A stretch of DNA of 64,000 nt from contig NC_083281.1 in NCBI RefSeq assembly GCF_963506605.1, positions 75,144,001 to 75,208,000 on the forward strand, in the 5' to 3' direction. Position numbers and translations under genes: made by a program. How positions within the stretch are numbered: the stretch's first letter is position 1; each line of letters starts with the position of its first letter. This DNA is from Zootoca vivipara. Taxonomy: Eukaryota. This document shows, one piece after another, positions 49,280 through 62,566 of the stretch. The notes under the pieces are model-generated. The model did no database searches and had not been told where the DNA came from. It saw nothing but the letters and a program-made list of their open reading frames with translations.

Positions 49280-49361
<82 letters not shown>

Positions 49362-49452
49362 GTCCCTACTGTCTCTTGTGTCTGCCAGCTAAGACAGTTG
49401 CCGCATTCTGCCTAACAGTAAAGCCACACACACACACACACACACACACACC
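49280..49452. repeat. Compound (TC)n(TG)n and (CA)n microsatellites
   Basis: Read directly. Confidence 0.95.
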
Positions 49453-50994
49453 TACACACCTGGCGCCAATAATCCTCACAGAACACCTTGCCCAGGAGGG
49501 GGGCCTGAGAGTGAAAGCAGTTCCTTGTCTCATTAAAAGCCTGCGAGGTAATTTTGCAAATAACATAAGAAGCTGTTCTGAAGAGATTTAGCATCTTATC
49601 CCAACTCATTTCCAGCCTCCGGAATGCGTTCCTTGAGCATTGTTCGAATATCATTAAGAGAAGTCAATCTGCAGGAAAGGTGGAGAAAGGAAAGGACGGG
49701 GGGGGGGATCTTGTTCTAGGGCTTGATTGGATTCTCTCCCTTTCCTTTCTGAATCTGTAAGGAGCCCTTCCATAAAATGCACCTGTTTGCCTAATGATGG
49801 GTTTGGGTGGGGAAAGAGGAGTTAAGAGAACAGGGGAGGGGGCTACCTGAAACAGAGCAGAGAAATTAAATTTGGTTTGCCTTCAGTAAAAGGCCTTAAA
49901 GATGCGCGCGCGCACGACACAATACACCATACTCCCCAATTCTCTTCCCACACATAGAAGTCATTTTGTCAAATCTTTTTCTCAACTTCACCAGGATGAG
50001 CCTATTACTTTGGTGTGCTATTTAGCTCATTCTGCTCTGAACGACCAGCCACAGACTATATTATATGCCTGGTATTCAACTAAAAGCTGCTCAGAGTAGA
50101 CCCGCTGAAATGATCTGAGTTATGTGTATCCGTTTTTATGGGTCTGCTCTGAGCAGAACTAACATTGGATACAATCCCATGCTTTTAAAAAGGAAACGAA
50201 TGTTTCCCATCTCAAACTAAATGCATCCTGAAATAATATTTATTGGGTTCAATCTTTGAGGGAGGGGGGGGAAGAGTGTGTACCGACAGCATAGCTTGCT
50301 CCATCACAAATGTTTGGCATGTGTGTACATGTGTTTGTGTGTGTGGAATGAAATGTGGGGAGACAAACACAAAATCTGGTACAGATTCACAAATTCGTTA
50401 ATTATGACCAATTAAGAAAGGGAAGGATTTTTAAAGATAGAAAATACCAAATGGCAGCAAGCGTATCTCTTGCTCTAAAATCAAAGAATTGGGAAGAGGG
50501 CAATGTCTTTGAAATGCCTCATACCAAGACCAATTAATAGACCATCTGGCATAGCACTGTCTACCTCAGGCTTCCACATCCTGGTAGTCCCACCCACCCC
50601 AGATATTGTTGGCTTCTAACTCCCACCTTCCATCCCTGACCAGTGGCCATGCTGGCTGGGACTGATGGGAGATGGAGTCCAGCAACATCTGGAGAACACC
50701 AGGGTGGAGAGGCCGTTGGACACTGAACGGCAGCAACTCACTTTTCACCCCAACCTGAAGATGTCAGGGGTAGACCTTTGGGTCTTTTGCATCCAACATG
50801 AGCTACAGCCCTTCCACAAAATCCCATTGTCCCAAGGAAGTGGTGGCTTAGATGAGATGGCAAGAGACTGGCTGTAAGGTGGAGCAGACTTTGAGTGGGA
50901 TCACATCATCAGGACCCTGGACAAAACCGACAGAAGCTATACTTCAGCACCATGGCTAGCGATCTTGCAGTTAAGGCAAAGCCTACGTCTAGAT

Positions 50995-51130
50995 GAGTGT
51001 TTCCCAAACTTGGGTCTCCAGCTGCTTTTGGACTACAACTCCCATCATCCCTGACCACTGGTCCTGCTAGAAAGGGATGATGAGAGTTGTAGTCCAAAAA
51101 CAGCCGGAGACCCAAATTTGGGAAACACTG
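50995..51130. mobile_element. Palindromic hAT-Charlie-type MITE
   Basis: Same family as 7975-8111; TSD gtctagat / gtctagag. Confidence 0.85.
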
Positions 51131-53027
51131 GTCTAGAGTGAAGCCTTTTGCTCCTCTAGAACCAGATCACCCCTCCCAGACTTCGCTCTTCCCTTGAGGA
51201 GTGGAAAACCTTGAAGGGGCAGCCAGACAAAAACCACTTAAGGAGCATGTGGCCTCTGGGAGAGGGTGTGGCCCATGGAGAGTCATGGGGGCCAAACAGA
51301 GAGCCCTGGAATGCCATATTTGGCCTCTAGACCTGAGGTCCCCGTCCCCACTTGGCACGTGGGGCTAGACCTGAGGTCCCCGTCCCCACTTGGTACGTGG
51401 CTCAACAGGAGCTGTCCCGGGTGCTGAATCTGCCAGCCTGCTTGTGCCACAAAGTCTTTTTGTCAAGGGCGGGGCAGGACCACATGCCACACAGCTGTTT
51501 TTATGAAGAGGGCATTCATTGCCAGTTGGCCCTAGGTATTACAGAGGGAGGCAAGGGAGGCCTTTTCAGGTTGGTGACCCCCAGGCTAGTCAGATGCCTG
51601 TGCGATTTCACAGGCAGAGTACAGTGGAGATAAGTCAGTAGCTGGTATTCAGGGGTACACTGCCTCTGACCACAGAGTTGCCATTGAGCTCTTAGTAACT
51701 AAGTTAGCTACATCATTTTATCCTACTCCTCTGTTGAAAAGGGCACCCAGAGCAGGGAACAATAAGCAGTAACGAGGCAGTCCTTGCCCTCAGGATTACA
51801 ATCTAAAAGACATGGCACAAAAAGATTCAGGAGGGATGGGAGATGGGGAAGCAAACCTAGGCATTAGTTTTTAATTACAAAGTTGTTGGATGTGTTCCTT
51901 GTGGCAGGGAGTGTGGAAGCAAACTCCTTCCCACTGCTTGTTCTGTGGCCAATGGATGAGGCCTATTGGTCTCTCCTTGTCCTGATGCTGGTCATAAAGA
52001 AGCAATCTTTCAGTAGTCTTTGGTCCCCTAACCAATGGTAGACACTAGTGAGGTGCTCTCCTTCAGATGCAATGATGACAAATTCATGGGGGATGGGGCT
52101 ATCAGTTGGCTGTATGCCATCTCTGATATCTGAGGCGGCATGCCTCCTACCTATTGCTGAGAATCCTATTGTGGTCATGTCTTGCGTGTGTTTTTCCCAG
52201 AGACTGATCACTGTGAGAACAGGATGCTGGACTAGATGGGCCATTGCATGTTCTGCTGTCTCATGAGTATGCCTATTTTTCCAAAAGCTAATGGTCATTA
52301 CCACATCTTGTGGCAGTGAGTTCCCCTGATACATGATGCACTGTGGGAATAAATGCTTTCTCCTCTCTCTTCTGGAAGTCCCCCCCTCTCATATACACCC
52401 ACACACCATCACCCACACACTAGTCTATCATTTTATTATATCCCCTTCTTATAACCCTCAGCAAAGCGCTTCCCTTCACATGATGGAGTGCACAGCTGTT
52501 TCATGCACCTGACAACACAGAAGAGTAGGCAGAAAGAGCCATTCGCTGGTCTTTTATGTGAGAAGTGCCATTTGCACAAAGCGGATCTCGGATTGCTTCA
52601 GAGCAACATGAATAATGGAAGACCTCTGGTATTCTCAGTTCAATTACTCAGATAAATAATACAGCCATCAAAGTGGATAACATATAATAACCAAGGAAAT
52701 GAGCAATAATGAAGAAGGGAGGAAGAAGGCAAATCATTTGGGAAGGGGGCAGCTGAAGGGTGGGGGAAGGGTAGAGTGGGAAAAGAAACCAGGTGCTTCA
52801 TGGTCTCTGCCCAGAGACTGAAATTTCTGAAAGGTACTAATGGTAATAAGGTAATAATGGCTGAAGCCAACCCAGGGCGGGTTACATGAAATATTTAACC
52901 ATCATCATCCAGAGGCAACCAGCACACCTCCTATTCCGTAAACCTGACAGGCATCTGAAGCTGGATTCCTGCAGTGCACTCTGTGTGGGGCTTTCCTTGT
53001 ACTCACTCCAGAAACTGTGGCACAAAT

Positions 53028-53342
53028 CCTAGAATCCTAGAGTTGCAAGGGACCCCAAGGATCATCTAGTCTAACCCCCTGCAAGGCAGGAATCTCAGCT
53101 AAAGCATCCATGACAGATGGCATCCAACCTCTGCTTAAAAACCTCAAAGGAAGGAGAGTCCACCACTTCCTGAGAGAGCCTGGTCCACTGTTGAAGGACT
53201 CTTACTGTCAGAAAGCTTTTTTCCGTACGTTTAGTTGGAATCCCCTTTCTTGTCACTTGAAGCCATGGGTTCGAGTCCTACCCTCCAGAGCAGGAGAAAA
53301 CAATCTTGTTCCCTCTTCTATCCGACAGCCCTTAAGATATTT
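53028..53342 (-). mobile_element. CR1 LINE 3' end
   Basis: Reverse complement of the CR1 tail and ORF2 end. Confidence 0.85.
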
Positions 53343-53575
53343 GAACCGACAGTTCTGAAACCCTCTCAATGTATTACAGTGTATTGCTTGAAGATCTGTG
53401 CGGGGTTCCAAGAGTTCCCTATGCAGAGGGATTGACAGTTCCACCACTCTGGCAACTGTAGCTCTGAGAGGGGAATGAGGGTGTCCTAACAACTCTCAGC
53501 ACCCTTAACAAACTATACCTCCCAAGATCATTTGGGGGAAGCCATGACTACTTGTACTGATATCATAGCATTTTA

Positions 53576-53765
53576 CAGGGCCGTCTTAAGCATGTCGGGC
53601 GCCCGGGCGCCGTGGTGCGGAGATTGCTCCGGCACCCCCGCCCTGCCCCATTTCTTGCCGCGGCTGGTGGGCGGGTGCAGCGCACAGTGCAGCTGCCGTG
53701 CACCGCCCCACTGGCAGCCCCACTGGCAGCCTGCGCCACCCAGCCTTCCCCTAGAGCCGGCCCTG
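53576..53765. mobile_element. GC-rich hAT MITE
   Basis: TIRs CAGGGCCG / CGGCCCTG; TSD gcatttta / gcgtttta. Confidence 0.8.
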
Positions 53766-55499
53766 GCGTTTTACATATATGGTGCCAATATGGGCCAGGT
53801 CTCCTGCAACAGGTTGGGCCCCTTTCAGAGCAAAGTCTCCACTCATCCAGGGCAGGGCTCCTTTCTCAAAGGAAGCTGCAGACCTTTTTAAGGCTCAGTC
53901 TGGAGGGGTGTGTGTTGAGGATTAAAATCGAAGCACCACATTGTTTGATCTGGTTTCAGCAAATACTGAACCCAAGATTATGGGGAACAAATTTTCTCAT
54001 AGCTTGGGTAGGTGAGTGGGATGGGAATTTCCACATGGCAGAGGGAGAGTCATGAACAGAAAAGGGAGTATACCACCCCCTCTCCTCCCTCCACCATCAC
54101 TAAGCTTGTGGCCTGATTCAGAGCTCCAGTGTTTGACAGCTGTGAAGGACCTATTGGCAAAAGACACCTGAGAGGCTGGGCTACTTCAAAGGGAAGGTAA
54201 TCTGGACTGCTCGTCAATGCATTCCATTGTCTCCCCAATGACCTTCTTGCCTGGGAGGACAGGGCCTTGCTGTCCGGAGCATATGATATCAGCGATCTGG
54301 TTACACTGCACCGGAGAAGCCCAGTCACTGAAACCGGAGGAAAATACCCTCCTGGAGAGACTGCGATGGTCTCCAGGACTTGGCAGAAGCTGCTCTGGAT
54401 TTCCGTCGCTATAGCAACCGCTTCCACAGGCCAGAGCTTGGCGCTTCTGCTGGGAACTTGGAACGCGATGCAGAGGAGCTTTGTTGATTCTGCTTGCACA
54501 AACCATTGAAGTCTTGTGGGAATGCCTGGGCTGTTTCCTGTGGCAACTGGGTAGTGGAGTAAAAGATGCCCCAAAGGCAGGAAGGGTATCACTGGGGTGG
54601 GAGCTAATACTGTCTCTTACACTGACTGGCAGCGGCTCTCGAGGGTTTTGGATGGCAAGTGTTTCCCATTGCCCCCTTGAGATGCTGGGGACAGAGCCCG
54701 AGACCTTTTACATGTAACACATGTGCTTTATCACTAAGCGATGATTCTTCCCCTGACATTAAATTGCGATTCTAGTCCTCATGGTTCAGAACAAAGAGAC
54801 GATTTAAATAAGAAGCTGCCTGCCTTATGCCAAGCCAGGTCACTGGTCCAGCAGAGATGCTGGGGACAGAATCTGAGACCTTCTATGTGCAAGGCATGTG
54901 CCCTTACCATCGAGCACATGTGCTCTACCACTGAGGTGTCAGCAAGGGCCATTCTGAGATCCAAAATAGCACGAGCCCTCCTACCTTCACCACCCTGGCT
55001 CCAGCAGATGTCTGCAAACAGCGAGAGAGGGATTCCATTGGCTCTCTATTGGGGAGAGCATTCTGCAGTTTGGTGCCATGAGACTGAGAAGGATTCCATA
55101 CCCTCAAACATCTCTCTGGCGAAAATTGGGACATGTGTTAGCTGGCTCTCATGAGAGTGTGGCTCCACTGCAAGTGTTGGCTCATCTCCTTCCCTGGGCT
55201 CAGCGGCGGCAATCCCAGAGGGGGGGAAATGGGCCACTCTGAGAACAAATCAGAAGCTGCAGTGGCTTCTGTAATTCTGGGATGTCCCAGGAAAATCGGG
55301 ACCCTTGAAGGGTATGGGATTCATCTCTTGTAGGTGCCCGTGCGATTCCACAGGGAATGGGCAGAAGACTCTCTGACCTTGACCTTAAAGGTCAGGCAGC
55401 CACCTGCAGAAGAAGGGAGTAACATGCGCAGAGAAGGTGGACCTGTAGTTGGGTGGGTGGGTGAGAGCTGTGGCTCTCCAGAAGCTGTTGGGCTCCAAC

Positions 55500-55986
55500 T
55501 CCCAGTTCTGGGCACCACAGTTCAAGAAGGATACTGACAAGCTGGAACGTGTCCAGAAGAGGGCAACCAAAATGGTCAAAGGCCTGGAAACAATGCCTTA
55601 TGAGGAACGGCTTAGGGAGCTGGGTATGTTTAGCCTGGAGAAGAGAAGGTTAAGGGGTGATATGATAGCCATGTTCAAATATATAACATATAGAAGAGGT
55701 TGAAAGGTTGTGTTCTGCTGCTCCAGAGAAGTGGACACAGAGCAATGGATTCAAGCTACAAGAAAGAAGATTCCGCCTAAACATTAGGAAGAACTTCCTG
55801 ACAATAAGAGCTGTTCGACAGTGGAACTTGCTGCCAAGGAGTGTGGTGGAGTCTCCTTCTTTGGAGGTCTTTAAGCGGAGGCTTGACAGACAACTGTCGG
55901 GAATGCTTTGAAGGTATTTCCTGCTTGGCAGGGGGTTGGACTGGATGGCCCTTGTGGTCTCTTCCAACTCTATGATTCTATGATTC
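55500..55986 (+). mobile_element. CR1 LINE 3' end
   Basis: [24 protein letters not shown]...RLRGDMI; (attctatg)n tail. Confidence 0.95.
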
Positions 55987-56737
55987 CGATCACCCCTCAC
56001 CAGTGCTAGATGCTGGGGTGAGGATGATGGGCGCCAGAGTCTTACAGCATCTGGAGGGCTGCAGCATACCACACCCCTGGAACAGAGGAAAGTGGGCAAA
56101 GTTATTTTCCTCAATTCTGTTTTCTCTCCTGAGTTCTCACGGTGCAGAGAGAGAGAGATGCTGCCGTTGCCACAGTAACCTGAAAGTGCATTTGAGCTAA
56201 AGAACTTAATCCAAGTTATTTCTGTGCTGAGTTTTTTTGGGAGATGTACAGAAACTTTGGCTCTGTTCCTTAGGTCATTAGGCAAGCGGAATCCAAAATC
56301 CATTCTGCCCATCTCACTTGCCCACCCCACCGGCTCCTCTATTGCGAGGGAGCACTGTCAAATCTGAATTAATAACATCCCTTCTCCTGCTTTGTGCCTC
56401 CCAACCAATTTTGTATTGGTTGGGCAATAAAAACACGAGAAGAGACCTGCTGGATTAGACAAAGGTTGCTTGGAGCCTGATCATCTTCCCCACAGGGAGC
56501 AAACAGATGCCCTGGCGAAGCCCATAAGCTGGAAACAAGGACAAATGCTGGCAACAAGCATTCCTTTCCAATCGGCCTCAGAAAATAACTCCTTCTAACA
56601 GTGAACTCAAGTGCTCTGTGCCAACAGGATTGTAGCCAAAACAGGGCCACTGAGAACAAGATTTTGCATGTTTTGGGGTGGAGGAAACTCTGTTCCAGAG
56701 GGCAGAACCTGAACCAATGGATCCAAATTGCAAGAAA

Positions 56738-56883
56738 GGAGATAGCTCAATTGGTAAGAGCATGAGACTCTTGATCTCAGGGTTGTGGGTTCAGGCCCCA
56801 CGTTGGGTGAAAGATTCCTGCATTGCAGGGGGTTGCAATAGATGACCCTCCTGGTCCCTCCCAACTGTGCACTTCTATGATTC
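56738..56883 (+). mobile_element. tRNA-Lys-derived SINE with CR1-type tail
   Basis: Paralogue of 30758-30903. Confidence 0.8.
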
Positions 56884-56908
56884 TTCGATTAGGGAGAACT
56901 TTCTAATG

Positions 56909-57324
56909 CAGTGATGGGCAACCTTTTGAGCTTGGTGTGTCAAAATTCGCCAAAAAACCGAGCATAACTCGGGTGGTATGTCACTTTGAGAAAAAACCCC
57001 ATAATTTCACGATATTTATAGTTTAAATAACAAAAATGTATAATTGTAATATATAACTGTATTTAATAAACCAAAAACTAATTATTTAACCAAACCAAAC
57101 CAAACCCCAAACCCCTTATTTATCACAAAGTGCCCAGAGTTGTTGAGCTTTTTGGGGGGAGCTGCTGACCAAAGTTTTGGAGGTTTTTTTAGGGGGGGTG
57201 CAAAAGTTGCTTTGCTTTTTCTGGGGTGCGCAACAAAGCTGCTGCGCTTTTTTGGGAGGAAAGAGAACAGAAATAAATGACGAATAATACCTTCGCTGGA
57301 ACTAACATGCAGCACCGACATAGT
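56909..57324. mobile_element. hAT-Charlie-type element, left end (right end lost in a gap)
   Basis: Terminus CAGTGATGGGCAACCTTTTGAGC. Confidence 0.7.
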
Positions 57325-57524
57325 NNNNNNNNNNNNNNNNNNNNNNNNNNNNNNNNNNNNNNNNNNNNNNNNNNNNNNNNNNNNNNNNNNNNNNNNNNNN
57401 NNNNNNNNNNNNNNNNNNNNNNNNNNNNNNNNNNNNNNNNNNNNNNNNNNNNNNNNNNNNNNNNNNNNNNNNNNNNNNNNNNNNNNNNNNNNNNNNNNNN
57501 NNNNNNNNNNNNNNNNNNNNNNNN
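57325..57524. other. Assembly gap (200 N)
   Basis: N run. Confidence 1.
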
Positions 57525-57703
57525 GTGGCTCGGCCACGCTGCAGGTCCCACGGTGAATGCCGCCTGGCATTTTTTCACCCACCTCAGCAGTGACACCTGG
57601 GGGCGGACCGCCCCCACCACCCCCTTCCTCTGCCCCTGATTACAGGTAACTTAGCAGCACTCCTCTCTCTTGATGCCTTCAAGACATTTCATTGCATAGA
57701 ATG

Positions 57704-58150
57704 GGGTCCTGAGAGATCTACATTGGCTCCCAGTACGTTTCCGAGCACAATTCAAAGTGTTGGTGCTGACCTTTAAAGCCCTAAACGGCCTCGGTCCTGT
57801 ATACCTGAAGGAGCGTCTCCACCCCCATCGTTCTGCCCGGACACTGATGTCCAGCGCCGAGGGCCTTCTGGCGGTTCCCTCACTGCGAGAAGCAAAGCTA
57901 CAGGGAACCAGGCAAAGGGCCTTCTCTGTAGTGGCACCCGCCCTGTGGAACGCCCTCCCATCAGAGGTCAGAGAGATAAACAACTACCTGACATTTAGAA
58001 AATACCTAAAGGCAGCCTTGTTTAGGGAAGTTTTTAGTCTGTGATATTTTAATGTATTTTGATGTGTGTTGGAAGCCGCCCAGAGTGGCAGGGGAGACCG
58101 GCCAGATGGGCGGGGTATAAATAATATATTATTATTAATTATTATTATTA
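57704..58150 (+). mobile_element. L2 LINE 3' end (other L2 remnants near 9443-9590, 32560-32815, 33628-34070)
   Basis: LHWLPVRFRAQFKVLVLTFKALNGLGPVYL...AFSVVAPALWNALP. Confidence 0.92.
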
Positions 58151-59687
58151 TTAACAAAGTGGCAGTGATTATCTTCTGTGGGTTCCCCCCCAGCATACGT
58201 ATAGGCAGGGACACCAAGCACAGTGCCCCCCCTTGCCTTCCTGTTTGCATTCGTTGTTGAGGTTTTGGCCAATAAGTTCAGATCAAATTGTGCTAAGTAG
58301 TGTCAAAGGGTTTCCCGTGTTGCAATGTGGTCCTCAGACTGAAAAGTCCCCCCCCCCACTGAATGAAAGGGCTGAAATAGATGGCCTCGTGCGTCCCCCC
58401 TCAGTGCTGTAATTCTCATTCTGGTGCTGCTGCAGCCATTTCTCCTGTTCCTCCCTCCCTCCAGACCGCTGAGATAGGCTCCAGCACAGAAACATCAGCA
58501 TGCCTTGCTACCCAGCGCCCAAGAGATGCCACTGAAAACTCAAACAGCTTGAAATAACCCACATAGGGGGAAGAAAGAGGTCAGTGTGCTCTGTTGTAAG
58601 AGGGCGGAAGCCTCAGCTCTTCTGGGGCCTTGCACATGTTCCCTCTAAGAATTGAGGCAAAATAAAGTGAAATGTTCTGCCTGGAACAAAGATAAACAGG
58701 TTAATTATTCACAACTCCCCTTGCAAGCTGTCTTCTCTCACAAATGTAGCATAATCTTGAAATATATAAATATTCATCATCATCATCTTTTCTTTTCTTT
58801 TTTTGCTCAAGTATGGCTTGCTAAACTAGGTCAGCTTTTTACTGTGAAATGGTTTATTTATGATACAGAGAAGAAGAGGGAGAGCAGCTTTGTTTGGAAA
58901 GAATTTTTCTAAAGGAAAGCACATGTGTAGAATAGCATGGAGATTCTTAGGATTGCCCACTTGTATTTGACTGACAGGTCAAATACAACTTAGATTGCTT
59001 GTTTCTACCCAATTGCCATTGCATATTCCTTCTTGGGGGGGGGGGAATAGCCCAGAGCTACAAACTATTTTTTCACATCTATTTCATGGTTGCCCAGGAA
59101 GCACTTTTTTGCGTTGGAGCCAAAGTTTTTGTTTTGTTTTAAATTATTATTTCATTTCATAATGTATATAAAAACAGAGAAAACAATTCTAGCAACTGAC
59201 AAATAATTAGAGATGAAAAGCAAAATTGTAAAATAGGCATGCAGAATGAGTTAAAATAATAGCATCTAAGTAAAGACTATTAGCTTTATCAGATCAACAA
59301 ATACAGTTCCAGATTTGCTTCATGTACATTCTCACACTTCACAACAAGCTTGTAAGGTCGATTAGCCTTGTTTTATCTCTGTGTTGGAAAGAGAAAGCAG
59401 AGGGTGAGAATGTAAGATGAAAATAAGTGTTCTGATGGATCAGATCAGGTATGGCTTCCCCATCATCACAAGACTCCTCTAGTCCACTATCCAGCTTCCT
59501 AAAACCCTAAAAACTGGACACTTTCTGAAAGCCCTTCTTGCTGTTTATCCCTAAGCTCACCCAGTGAGCTTCAGTGGCTGAGTGGGGATTTGAACCCTGG
59601 TCTCCCAGGTCTTATGCAGTCCCATCCCCCCAAAAACTCCATTGCCCTCCAGATGTTTTGCACTACAATTCCCACTGAAATTGTAGT

Positions 59688-60420
59688 CAGGGCCGGCACG
59701 TCCATTAAGGCAAACTAGGCAGTTGCCTAGGGCGCCAAAATGGAGGGGGCGCTGACCAGCCTGCCCCCAAGTGGGGGAGCTGTGCAGCTTCACCCAGCAG
59801 GGGTGTGGAAGGGTCGCCCAAGGCTGGGCACGCGCCCTCTGCCAGTCCTGCGCAGTGGCAGGAAAGGGCTGGAGGGCGCCCGCCGGGGATCGCGCCCGCC
59901 TCCTGGGCGGGATGCGCACACCAGAGAGGGAGGGAGGGAGGGGCGGAGGGAGGCTGATCGCTGTGCACCCTGCTCGCTGCCGCCAATTGCCTCCTCCTGC
60001 CTCCGAGCCTCGTCGGGGATGGCTCTGCTGCTGCGCCTGCCCGCTGCTTACCCGGCTTTCCCCAAACTTATCCAGCTCTGCCCCGCTTGCCGCATCCTGT
60101 CAAGGCGAGGGAAAGGATGCCCGGCGGTGCCTTGTCCCAGGCCAGCCCCGCCGCTGAGTGAGGGAAGTGAGAGCCTGTGAGAGCTGAGCAGGATTGATCC
60201 TCAGACCTTCCGCAGGCCAACTAAGCTACGGACCTCCTTCCAGGAGAGGCAGGGCTTCAGCCCATGAAGGGCTTCCCCCAGCCAGCCAGCTGGTCTACCT
60301 GCTGCGGGAGAGCCTGTCTGCAGCCTTTGATTTCCCCCCTCATTTGAAATATGATTGGCCGGGTGGGGGCGCCAGAAGGTGATCTCGCCTAGGGTGCAAA
60401 AAACCCTAGCACCGGCCCTG
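59688..60420. mobile_element. GC-rich non-autonomous hAT element nested in a palindromic MITE
   Basis: TIRs CAGGGCCGG / CCGGCCCTG; perfect TSD attgtagt. Confidence 0.9.
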
Positions 60421-61864
60421 ATTGTAGTGCAAAACACCTGTAAGGCACCAGGTTGGAGAAGGCTGCTCTACACTAACAGAATCTAAGACAGGAATCTTTT
60501 CCAACCCCACCAGAAGATGCTAGGAATATAGAACCTAGGATACTCTGACTGCTTAGAGCCTGCTCTAAGCTCCTCCTCCCTGTTTGCACATAGGACAGGA
60601 AAAGGAAATTAATATTTGCCCCGGCCAGTAAAATGACTTGACCTGGCCCTGTCTGCATTTCCTCCATTATTCTTTAGTATCCCTAACTCCCAGAATAGAA
60701 CAGTGAAAAACTTTCCAGTTCCAGAAGCATTAGATGTAAGTCATGGGAATGTTACGCAAGGTTTGATGGTGCCTTGTAAACAGTCATTAAAGTGATTGAA
60801 AAGCCTGGGCGGATGTCTATGGAAAGTTAAAAAAAGATAACAGATGAATTCTAATAATGATGACAATAATTGCAGTGTGGAAGACCTTCCATAAATTCTA
60901 GAAGCATTGCAATGGGGGAATGGCATACTGCAGAGCGATTGCGGGTTAAAAGGACCATCAAAGATATACCACATGGAGGAATTAGGGGTGGTGAAGCAGT
61001 GACCTTTCGGATGTTGTTGGGCTGTAGCTCCCGCAAGCCCAAATAACATGGCCAAAAGTCCAGAAGCATATGGAGGGCTACAGATTAGTCACTCTTGCCT
61101 CAAAGACTGCACTGCACATGAATAATACAGATTGCATGCAACAAAGTTGCCCCATTTGTGCAAAGAGTTCTGTTTGTGCCGTGGGACTTCTTCTCCCTCT
61201 CCTCTCCCACGGATTTGCTCCGGAGGGCTGGCGGGAAAGCCCAGAACAGATTTCGGGGCATACAGGAGGAAGGGAAGTTCTGTTGTGCCAGTGGAAATCT
61301 ATCATTGGGCATGCTGCAGTATCCCGCCGCTGCAGTTTCTGAATCAACAGCAAGGAAAGCCCCACGTAGAGTGGCTTGCAGTAGTCCAGTCTTGAAGTTA
61401 CCAATGCCCCCCCTTTTTTAAAAAAGAAGCTCATAACCAGGGGGTTTGGAGGCTATGACTGGGCTTCATCTTTCCACATCTATCCTTTCACAACCAGGTT
61501 CCCCCCCCACCCCAAATTCCAAATGATTGGTCTGATAGTGATTAGTTCTGGGCCCTTCACCAATGCAGCCCTCCAAAGAAGATAAGGCAGTTGTCAAAAA
61601 GAGGAAGAAACAGCTTCTATTTATGCATAAATATCTTGATCAATGGTGAGAGCAGCAGCAGAAATATGTGACTGTTAAGAGGATTTGGGGGAAAACATTC
61701 TGGAACACACCACATTGCACCAGCAAAGTGGCTATCCCTGTGCAGAAAAAGACCTCATGGAGAAGGAAAGACCTCCAGAAGGCATTGAAAATTGGGGAGA
61801 ATAACAGGGATAGTTAGAGCAGGCAGGGTTCTCCTTGTTATGAAGGCTCTCCTCCTGGAGACAG

Positions 61865-62566
61865 AGCCTGCAATAAACCCAGATGCCAACTTTGCTGCCA
61901 CATACACCCGGACAACATCATTACTGGCCCCAACAACATCCAACATACCATCTCAGGACTATTTAATTGCTCATCTTCTAACATTGTGTATGCCATCAAA
62001 TGCCAACAGTGCCCTTCAGCGCTCTATATTGGACAAGCAGGCCAAACCCTACGCCAAAGGATAAATGGACATAAATCTGACATCAGGAACCACAAGACAG
62101 AGAAACCAGTAGGAGAACACTTCAATCTCCCAGGACATTCTATACAAGATCTCAAAGCAGCTGTTTTATTACAGAAAAAATTCAGGAACAGACTGGAAAG
62201 AGAAGTTTCTGAATTGGAACTCATTACCAAGCTTAAAACCATGGAGCCACCTGGGATGAATAAAGACATTGGATTCTTATCTCATTATGCATGATCAAGC
62301 TTTCTTTAGCGCCTCAGCCCTTGTTTTTTCCTCCCAGGACCAATTGCAGTCATCAGCAGTCGTTAACAGCCATCTACAGGTTTACCACTCCCATCAGCCC
62401 ATCACCCATTCCCATCACCCCCACCCCCCACCCTCTGAATATACATAAGGGTCTGGTGGATTCTGTTTCAGTGTATCTGAGGAAGTGTGCATGCACACGA
62501 AAGCTCATACCAAAATAAAAACTTAGTTCGTCTTTAAGGTGCTACTGAAGGAATTTTTTTATTTTG
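61865..62566 (+). mobile_element. 5'-truncated Penelope-like retroelement (Neptune-type Cys linker plus GIY-YIG endonuclease and 3' end)
   Basis: Open frame 61863-62294: CNKPRCQLC...VYAIKCQQC...YIGQ...LRQRINGH...GMN; direct repeat ctcctggagacag at 61852-61864 and 62567-62579. Confidence 0.92.
62473..62510 (+). ncRNA. Minimal type I hammerhead ribozyme motif in the Penelope 3' end
   Basis: GTAT-CTGAGGA-A-GTGTG-CATG-CACAC-GAAA-GCTC-ATAC: both conserved boxes, stem I, stem II and palindromic AGCT stem III. Confidence 0.8.
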
